From positions 8,928,001 through 8,992,000 of the forward strand of contig OX597822.1 of the NCBI GenBank assembly GCA_951406725.2: a stretch of DNA of 64,000 nt, given 5' to 3'. The notes beneath the pieces are model-generated. The model saw only the letters and a program-made list of their open reading frames with translations. It ran no database searches and had not been told where the DNA came from. The position numbers and the translations under genes are program-made. This document shows positions 55,366-64,000 of the stretch, piece after piece. The DNA comes from Octopus vulgaris. Lineage: Eukaryota. Numbering within the stretch: position 1 is the stretch's first letter; the number at the start of each line of letters is the position of its first letter.

Positions 55366-56164
55366 TAACGATTAAATAATTAAATTTAGAAAAATTAGAA
55401 GAAAAGTTTTTTTAAAAGAATATTTCTATAGTAGTGTTCAGATTTAAGTGGCATTCTGCCTTTCTCTGACTCCCTTGTTTGCACTTGTGTGTTCGAGGTA
55501 GTTGTGAGTTCTTGGTAGGGTAGTAGAGGGAAGGCTGGTGAGGAAAGGGGGTGGGAGAATCTGGGAGTGCCCTGATGGTCGTATTTTGAATGGGTCAGTG
55601 GCGGCTGGCAGTCTCAGTTCAATTCAGGAGAATATTTATATTGACAGGCTTGTTTATAGAATTAGCGTAGGTGTTATACTAAAAAACATTAGTGACAAAC
55701 TTAAGGGGTAGGGGGTGAAGAAGAAGAAGAAGAAGAAGAAGAAGAAGGAGAAGGAGAAGGAGAAGATGATGGTGATGGTGGTGATGATTATGACGACGAT
55801 GATGATGATAACGATGATGATGAAGAAGAAGAAGAAGAAGAAGAAGGAGGAGAAGGAGAAGATGGTGGTGATGATGGTGGCGATGATGATGACGCCGATG
55901 ATGATGATAACGATGATGATGAAGAAGAAGAAGAAGAAAAAAACAGAGAAGGGAGAATATGAATGGGTGTAAATATAGCTATGAAGGGGCTGATTAGTAA
56001 TGGATTCTATGGAGTGTAGTATTTGTGTGTGTATATATATTTTTTTCTTTTATTCTAAAGTTGAGGTATATTAATTGTTTGTCGTAGACCCGTTAAGAAG
56101 TGGCTTGTATTTTGTAATAAAGAGATTTTCTTTACTTATTCTTTGTCTCGAGGTTGTATCGTCC

Positions 56165-57575
56165 CTAAATTGGTAGAGGGGGAAAAATTCTGAAGTTTGG
56201 TGTTTTTTTGTTGGCGCAAGTATCTATGTGTTGGCTAAAAGCTATTTTTCTGTTTTGGGGAATTTTTATCTGGGATCTGTGCAGGGCCATTTGTTTACGC
56301 AAACCATTTTTTGTTTGGCCTATGTACTGCTCTTGACACCCGGAGCAGGTTAGTGAGTATATTAGGTTCTCCGAAGCACATGTGAAGTTGCTTTTCACTG
56401 TAAACCGTTGTCCCTGTTTGAAGGAGAACTCAGAACCCTCGATTAGATAGTCGCATATCCCGCAATTGGGTCTTCCACATTTTTTTACTGTCGGCTTCTG
56501 TGTTGAAGAGTGAATTCGGGCTTGTGTAAGGAGACTTTTCATGGATCTAGGCTGTCTTTTGCTTTTTATGATCGTGTGTGTTTGGAGGATTGTGTTCATT
56601 CTGTGGTCTTTTTTTAGGAGGGGTATGTTGTGGAGGATGGTGTCGAAGGCTTCGTTATTGAGAGGGTTGTGTGTGGAGATGTATGGTAAGGCTTTTGGTT
56701 GTAAGTTTTTCTTTGATTTGGGATGTCTCAGTTCCTTGATGTTAAGTTGAAGGGCACGTTGAATGCACTTGTCAATAAGTGAAGGTGGATAGTTCCTGGT
56801 GATTAGGGTATCTTTTAGTTCTTGTAGTCGTGTGTCTCTGGTGTTTGCGTTAGAGACTATAGTGCATATCCTTTTTGCTAGATTGAAGGGGATATTCATC
56901 CTGGTGTGTCTGGGGTGGCATGAATTGAATGGAAGATATTGCTTAGAGTCTGTAGGCTTATAGTATATGTCTGTTTCTATTATATTATTAGCTTTCTTAA
57001 TGAGGATATCGAGGAAGGGGAGTTGTTGTTGGCTATATTCCATCGTGAATTGGATGTTTACGTCCAGTCCGTTTAAAATTTTCTGGAATTCTATGAGTTT
57101 TTCTATATTTTTATGCCAAAGGATGAAACAGTCATCTAGATATCTCTTCCAGTTGTTTTCTATGTAGATGGAGAAAGGGCTGCCATATCTTTCTAGAACC
57201 TTACGATACAGACTGATCTCTAGGTATCCTATGACTAGGTTGGCAAAGGAGGGGGCCATTCGTGTACCCATCGCAGTCCCCGATTTTTGTCGGTAGAAGT
57301 TGTCATTGAAGGCGAAGAAGTTATTTTCCAGGATGAATTTAACCCCTTCTATCACAAATTCTTTTTTGATGCGGTGTGGTAGTTCGTTGGCGTGATTCTC
57401 TAGCCAGAATTGGATTGCCTCTAGTCCTAGGTTGTGGGGGATATTGGAGTAGAGGTTGACTACATCGAAGGATACCAGTATGGTGTTTTTGTTTATAGTA
57501 TTCGGTAGGTGATTGAGCATATCTAAGTCGTCCCTTATATAGCTTTTGACATGTTTGAGGAGTGGTTTTAACAGG

Positions 57576-57580
<5 letters not shown>
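56165..57580 (-). CDS. Penelope-like reverse transcriptase + GIY-YIG endonuclease (5'-truncated, frameshifted near the C-terminus)
   Basis: SFDVVNLYSNIP, GTAMGTRMAPSFANL, RYLDD, LPFLDI, CGRPNCGIC, LIYSLTCSGCQEQYIGQT. The frame stays open upstream of Met 57520 to the TA tract, and a shifted frame continues ..TKYKPLLN near 56090. Confidence 0.93.
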
Positions 57581-57617
<37 letters not shown>

Positions 57618-57619
<2 letters not shown>

Positions 57620-57830
57620 CGGGAAGCTTTATGAAAATAGACAATAGACGAAGGCAGGTGGAATACAAACAAACAATTGTATTAGTATGGCGCTCAGGAA
57701 ATATAAATAAAACAAGTCTTTAACGTTTCGAGCCAACGCTTTTTAACAGAAAGATACACAGAGAAAAAACACAGAAAGAAGGAGAGAAAAAAATATGCGT
57801 GCAGAAGCTAGCGAATCAACATGGCGTTCT
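57618..57830 (-). mobile_element. Short (TA)-embedded element with a degenerate minimal hammerhead motif (57717-57754)
   Basis: Homologous to 20779-20966; minus strand reads TCTTT CTGTTAA A AAGC GTTG GCTC GAAACGTT AAAGA. Confidence 0.65.
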
Positions 57831-57839
57831 ATACATATA

Positions 57840-58234
57840 TAGCTTGCTTACCATCAATATGGAACCGCGTTCAGTCCCATTGCGTGGCACTTTGGGCAAG
57901 TGTCTTCTACTATAACCTCGGGCCGACCAAAGCCTTGTGAGTGGATTTGGTCGACGGAAACTGAAAGAAGCCCGTCGTATACATATATATATATATATAT
58001 GTATATATACATGTGTGTGTTTGTATGTCTGTGTTTGTCCGCCCAACATCGGTTGACAATCGATGCTGGTGTATTTACGTCCCCATAACTTAGCGGTTCG
58101 GCAAAAGAGACCGATAGAATAAGTACTAAGCTTACAAAGAATAAGTCTTGGGGTCGATGTGCTCGACTAAAGGCGTTGCTCCAGCATGGCCACAGTTAAA
58201 TGACTGAAACAAGTAAAAGATTAAGAGTAAAGAG
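57840..58234 (+). mobile_element. SINE family A, 5' head clipped
   Basis: Colinear with 21044-21455 from agcttgcttacc onward. Confidence 0.88.
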
Positions 58235-58237
58235 TAT

Positions 58238-58309
<72 letters not shown>

Positions 58310-58772
58310 GTTTCTTTATTGGCCACACAGGGCTGCACACAGATGGGACAAGTTACTAGGTAGAGCTTTTCTTTTGGGGGATGACGAGAACAAAAAAACA
58401 AAAGAAAAAAAGAGGGTGGCGTAGGTTTTCGATCAAGAGGGATCGTAAAAGGGAAGAAAAGAACAAAAACAAAAAAAAATGAATAAAATAAAAAGAATAA
58501 AGAGAAAAAAAAGGAAAGGAAAAGAAACAAAAGGAAAGAGAAATGAAAAAAGAAGAAAAAAGGGGAAAAAAAGGGGAAGAGGAAAAAAAAAAAAAGAACG
58601 ATCAATAGGGATCGTGTATCACAGTGTTATGATATATGGTGTAAAGGGAAAGCAAGTAAGGTTTATCCGTGGAAAGAAAAGCCTACGAAAAAGACCACGG
58701 TAACCTTGGTCAATATTGTTATATGTTACCACATTTGTTTGCAAGTGGGTAACCCTCTGTTTTCAATTTCTG
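58310..58772 (-). mobile_element. Second (GATA)n-embedded LINE 3' UTR copy
   Basis: Homologous to 29577-29910; (GATA)n on both sides. Confidence 0.7.
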
Positions 58773-60150
58773 TAGATAGATAGATAGATAGATAGATATT
58801 ATTATATCGTGTCAAAATGTTGTCACTCCAAGCTACGACCGGATTATTGACAATGCTTCACTTCATCAGTGCAATGTTGACAGTGAAGAGGAGGCTCACA
58901 TAATTCTATAAATGACATCATGTAATAATTGGTTTGAAAAATTCCTTTTGGATTCAAAACGCTGAAGGATGCCCATGTGGCACGAACCCACATCTCCTGT
59001 AGACATGAATAGCCTCCTATCATTGTACCAAAGTAATCATTTGACCATATCTACCAAATAGGAACTTTTAACACAATATTAACATGCTATTTTTTATAGC
59101 TTTATGTGAACCTCGAGGGACACAACTGGAAAAAGATTGTTTCGTGTTTTCTCGAAAGTATATGGGAACCTTATGACATCAACACGTATACAAACAGTGC
59201 TTAGTTGTTGATGTTTAGACACACTAAGGCATTGTCCAGTGACAGTGAGATATATAATACGTCAGACAGCGGAATGAATCTAAACGTTGCACGATGCTAA
59301 TTTGAATCCCTTATAAATGTTCTTAGATTAATTCCTAACTATTGAAAATAAATGAGTTCAAAGTCAGTTTGCATCGAAAATTGAGCTGAAATATATGTAC
59401 AATGATATTATGCGCAATTGCAGGTTGCCTTGGTTGTTGATGATAGAAAGAGCGTGTTACAGTGTATTTGATAATACTACACAAAGAAGAAATAATGGCA
59501 GTGACGTTAAAAATTGTAATAGTGACACAATTAATGTCGAGTGTTATGTTAATGTTATCGATGAACCTACAAAGAAAATGTTGATATTGTAGCTGCTATG
59601 CTTTTACTAACATTTGCGTAGACAATTGTAACACTTCATCTCTGGCCATGATTACGCAAACTGAAATTCGACTAGATATCACAGACTTTAAACTACAAGT
59701 TGACGTAATATATATTCACAGATTACGAATCGACATACAAAAGGCTACAACAATGCATGAAAATATACAGTACATTTTAGAAAATCATCTCTTACGAACC
59801 AACGCAATTTAAGGAAAGGCATTTAGAAACGTAGTCTGCAACGTTGGGGTAACCGACTATATTCACTCCAGTACTAAACAGGTCGTAAAGTATATTTAAC
59901 AAAGGCATAAGTTGAAGATAATACTACAAAGCATTTATATTGACGTCTTGTCAGCCCTGCCAATCCACAGATTTACCATCTTCTTCCATGTGCACACGAC
60001 CATATATTTTGAGGGAACAGATCCTCAGTTATTTCATCCAATTATGACCAGTACGTCATTTTATTATCATCCGGAAAGGAGAACAGGCTAAGGTTTCCTC
60101 GTTGAGATTTAAACTCAGGAAGTGAAGAACCCTAATACATATTTCAGCTT

Positions 60151-60542
60151 GGATGGGAAGCACTCCGTCGGTTACGACGATGAGGGTTCCGGTTGATCCG
60201 AATCAACGGAACAGCCTGCTCGTGAAATTAGCGTGTAAGTGGCTGAGCACTCCACAGACGCGTGTACCCTTAACGTAGTTCTCGGGGATATTCAGCGTGA
60301 CACAGAGAGTGACAAGGCCGGCCCTTTGAAATACAGGTACAACAGAAACAGGAAGTAAGAGTGAGAGAAAGTTGTGGTGAAAGAGTACAGCAGGGATCAC
60401 CACCATCCCCTGCCGGAGCCTCGTGGAGCTTTAGGTGTTTTCGCTCAATAAATACTCACAACGCCCGGTCTGGGAATCGAAACCGCGATCCTACGACCGC
60501 GAGTCCGCTGCCCTAACCACTGGGCCATTGCGCCTCCACTAG
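60151..60542 (-). mobile_element. SINE family B head with tail type 2, full length with TSD
   Basis: 10-bp direct repeat ATTTCAGCTT at 60141-60150 and 60543-60552; A and B boxes on the minus strand. Confidence 0.92.
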
Positions 60543-61565
60543 ATTTCAGCTTAGAATGTTCATGAACATATTAACTATTTCTCGTTTAGGAACGAAGCCA
60601 GTTATTTGGGAGATTGGGACGGTTGATGACATTGTATCCAGTGCTTCAATGATACCTTGTTTTAGCGGCTCCAAGAAGAAAATTTGACTTCGACGTGATT
60701 TGAACCGAAAATGTAAGGATCTCAGTGTAATTTGATCGTAGAACATAAATATTTGGATCACATACCACTACCATTTTCCTCTTTCTTGCCAATGCTCTAA
60801 AGACGCCACCAATCAACTGCTCCTGACGTCTTCAATGATACTAATGGTGTTATTATTTCGAGTACTAAAATTATATAATTACATCGAAACTTCTACTATA
60901 AACGGAAGAGAAAATTATAGTTTTAAAATTATAGTATCACAAAAGAATATGCAGAGATATATGTTATTAATACACATATTCATAGAGCAAAATAAAGAAA
61001 AAGATCTGCAGAATCAGAAAGAAGGAAAGGACGGTGAATAATAAGATGGCAGCGTATTGTTAATTTGATTAAAAGTAGGAGTCTTTAATTTAATTTTGTA
61101 ACTCAGATCTTTCTGTTCAGTCGGAAAATACTAGTTCTTTTTTTTATTTTATTTTTCATGTCTACTTTTTTTTCCTTCTCTATCTTTCTATCTTTATTTT
61201 TCATCTTTATTCACGTCTCATTAGCATAGTTCTTCAAAATTTACAATTGGAAAATTTTATTTTTCAAAACAGAAATAAGTCAGCAAATTTAGTGTAAAGT
61301 TCAAATTAGTTGTAAAGAAATATCAGAAATAAATTATATTGGACTTAAACTTACTGAAAATAGTTGAATATATAGGAGATTCGGTTGCTTTATTCGTTCA
61401 AAATTGTTTAGTTCCAAGATCGATTCAACCGTGTGGCACTGTGATCAATGGCCAAACCTGTAATCTCGAATTTAGTATTTCCTTGTGAATGGAATCTGGT
61501 TTCATTCACGTCAAGAGGGACAGAAGTCCGTCATATACATGTACATAAACATACACGCACACACA

Positions 61566-61648
<83 letters not shown>

Positions 61649-61779
61649 GATAAATGATGATTGTTTCATCTCGACAGATGATAGCCGTTCCATCAACACA
61701 CGCAACTGCCCATCACACCGCAAAATCACTCCGTTGATGCGCCCTTAGATGACATTTGAAACCAGTTGCTGACTGACAG

Positions 61780-63082
61780 GATTTAAAACACAAGTGACAT
61801 ATATTATTCAAGTTTCTTCTTCATCTTTGCCTTCTGGAACCTGATTCTGAAGCAATGATTTTGTGAACTAGCATATGTCTGCTAAGTCTTACAAGTTTTG
61901 TGACATATGACACAAGTCGTAACAAGGCGGTTGATGTCCAATTTTATTACCTATCTGGGCAATTCGATTTTCAAGTGACTTCGTATGTTTCACATATCCT
62001 GCTTCTGACAACCGAACACGATCACATATATTACATATCCAATATTCATTGTTGATTAGAGTACCGAATGTTCCTTTGCGACAGGCCCTTTTAAGCTCAG
62101 AGTGCTGAATCATCTTTTCCTCCCTGGCATTACAGCACCCCTACACTTGTTCCGATCTAGAACATCATTTTCAAATCACTTCATATCTAGTTTCTTCAGG
62201 TTCTCCTTCACACAGTTTTTATAACTTTTCCTCGGCTTATGTTGTGGTCGCTTACCAGAGCTGAGCTTACCATAAAAAAAAGACGCTTTGGCAATCGCTT
62301 CTCTTTCCTTCCAATAACATGTCCAGTTCATCTCATTTGAGCCAACACAACATGTTATTCAATTGAGCTACATAGTGCCATGCGCAAGAATTCTGTACCT
62401 GGTATGAAATATTCCCACGTGACTCCTAAGAATACATCTGAGGCACTTTTGATGGAATCTCTCAAGCATTTTTATACGACGTGTGTAAGTGGTTCACTTC
62501 TCACTTGAATAAAGAAGTGCAGTCAATACACACGCCTTATGGACATTGATTTTTGTCTGCAGGGAAATACCTCTATCTGCTCATCCTCGCTTTTTGAGCT
62601 TTCCAAATACAACACTTCCTTTCCCTATTCGATAGTATATATCTTAGTGGAGGCGCAATAGCCCAGTGGTTAGGGCAGCGGACTCACGGTCATAGGATCG
62701 CGGTTTCGATTCCCAGACCGGGCGTTGTGAGTGTTTATTGAGCGAAAACACCTAAAGCGCCACGAGGCTCCGGCAGGGATGGTGGTGAACCCTGCTGTAT
62801 TCTTTCACTACTACTTTTTCTCACTCTTACTTCCTGTTTCTGTTGTACCTGTATTTCAAGGGGCCGGCCTTGTCACTCTCTGTGTCACGCTGAATATCCC
62901 CGAGAACTACGTTAAGGGTACACGTGTCTGTGAAGTGCTCAGCCACTTACACGTTAATTTCCCGAGCAGGCTGTTCCGTTGATTCTGATCAACCGGAACC
63001 CTCGTCGTCATAACCGACGGAGTACTTCCAAAATCCAGTATATATCTGCATCAAGACCATCATCTCTTGACAGTGTGCTTTA
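61780..63082 (-). mobile_element. RTE-clade LINE 3' fragment interrupted by a SINE
   Basis: STLSRDDGLDADIYYRIGKGSVVFGKL..GISLQTKINVHKACVLTALLYSSE..LERFHQKCLRCIL..RLPKRLF..CNICDR..GYVKH; stops and frameshifts. Confidence 0.85.
62645..63036 (+). mobile_element. SINE family B head with tail type 2, full length with TSD
   Basis: 11-bp direct repeat AGTATATATCT at 62634-62644 and 63037-63047. Confidence 0.92.
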
Positions 63083-63179
63083 CAGGGTGCTTCCAAGTTA
63101 AATATATACATACATAGATACATACATACATGCATACATACATACACAGCCAGAGTGAGAATTAGAAAGAGAGATAGAA

Positions 63180-64000
63180 TACGAAGGGGTATCCAAAGGA
63201 GACCGAAATATTGCAATATTATTTTATTCACTTAGTTATACATGTTTACACTTCTATCGCCTTCAAAGTATTCTTCATTTGAAGCAAAGCATCGGTCCAG
63301 ACGCGTTTTCCACTGTTCGAAGTTGTCCTGGAACTCATACGAAGGGATGCCTTTTAATGCCTCCATCGGTTTTTTTTTCTCCTTTTCTAAATCTGAAAAA
63401 CGTTTTCCTTTAAAAACTTTTTTCATTCAGGGAAACAAAAAAAGTTGCAGGGAGCCATATCAACTGGCAGTTCACGACACGAATTCAGTCCTGATCGCTT
63501 TTGATCCCCCGTGAGCAAGCGAGGCACAAATTTTTGCTGCAACTCATTTCATCCAGAATTCCTCGCTCAAGCTTCGTTGGCTAGAGCCCCAAGACACACC
63601 AGTCATATCAACAAGTTTGACATCTGTTCGGCGACGGTCCTTCAAGATCAGATCATGAACTTTCCTGATGTCTTCATTCGCTTGGGAGGTCGACGTTCGT
63701 CCTGAACGTGGTTAGTTTTCAAGCGAAAAGTGACCATTCCTAAAGCGAGAAAACTTGTAAACTTGTGTTTTGCTCATGCCAATGTCCTTGTAAGCTATCT
63801 GAATCATGATAACTACTTCGGCCGCCGTTTGCCCCAGCAGGAAACAGAATTTCACAGAAGTACGTTGTTCCTTCGTTTCAGCCATCTCAAAGAATCTAAA
63901 AAACAAGGGAGAAGCACTACAAACCAAAGACGCACTGACTGAAACCAACCATGCCGGTCGACAGACCGATGCCTGAGGGTTGCATCAAGTGACTTCTAGC
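63180..64000 (-). pseudogene. Internally deleted mariner element (runs off the window)
   Basis: N-terminal EQRTSVKFCFLLGQTAAE..MSKTQVY..PRSGRTST and C-terminal KGKRFSD..FEQWKTRLDRC..EEYFEGD; most of the DDD domain is absent; TACGAAGG terminus at 63180. Confidence 0.88.

Larger units (their letters stand above)
55274..57580 (-). mobile_element. 5'-truncated Penelope-like retroelement flanked by (TA)n
   Basis: RT + GIY-YIG ORF, ~800-bp 3' region containing an HHR, TA tracts at both ends. Confidence 0.9.

Overview
AT-rich, repeat-saturated eukaryotic DNA with no host protein-coding exon that I can support. The SINE families and microsatellite load look like an octopus (coleoid cephalopod) intron or intergenic region; that is inference from repeat recognition. 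The window holds four or more tRNA-derived SINE families that share head, core and tail modules, a 5'-truncated Penelope-like element (PLE; RT + GIY-YIG) plus three older PLE fragments, and three R4/Dong-like REL-endonuclease LINE fragments in (TAA)n tracts. It also holds a (GATA)n-associated LINE 3' end, an RTE fragment, two mariner relics, a hAT relic, three non-autonomous Helitrons and several long fold-back repeats. The most notable signal is a set of minimal hammerhead ribozyme (HHR) motifs. One lies in a back-to-back palindromic element built as tRNA-like Pol III head + (AAT)n + HHR (45165-47758), whose right arm was split by nested insertions. One is a U3-A8 covariant HHR in the PLE 3' end. 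Others are core-variant motifs in short elements embedded in (TA)n. All structures and alignments were read by eye, element boundaries are approximate, and no folding or database search was run.
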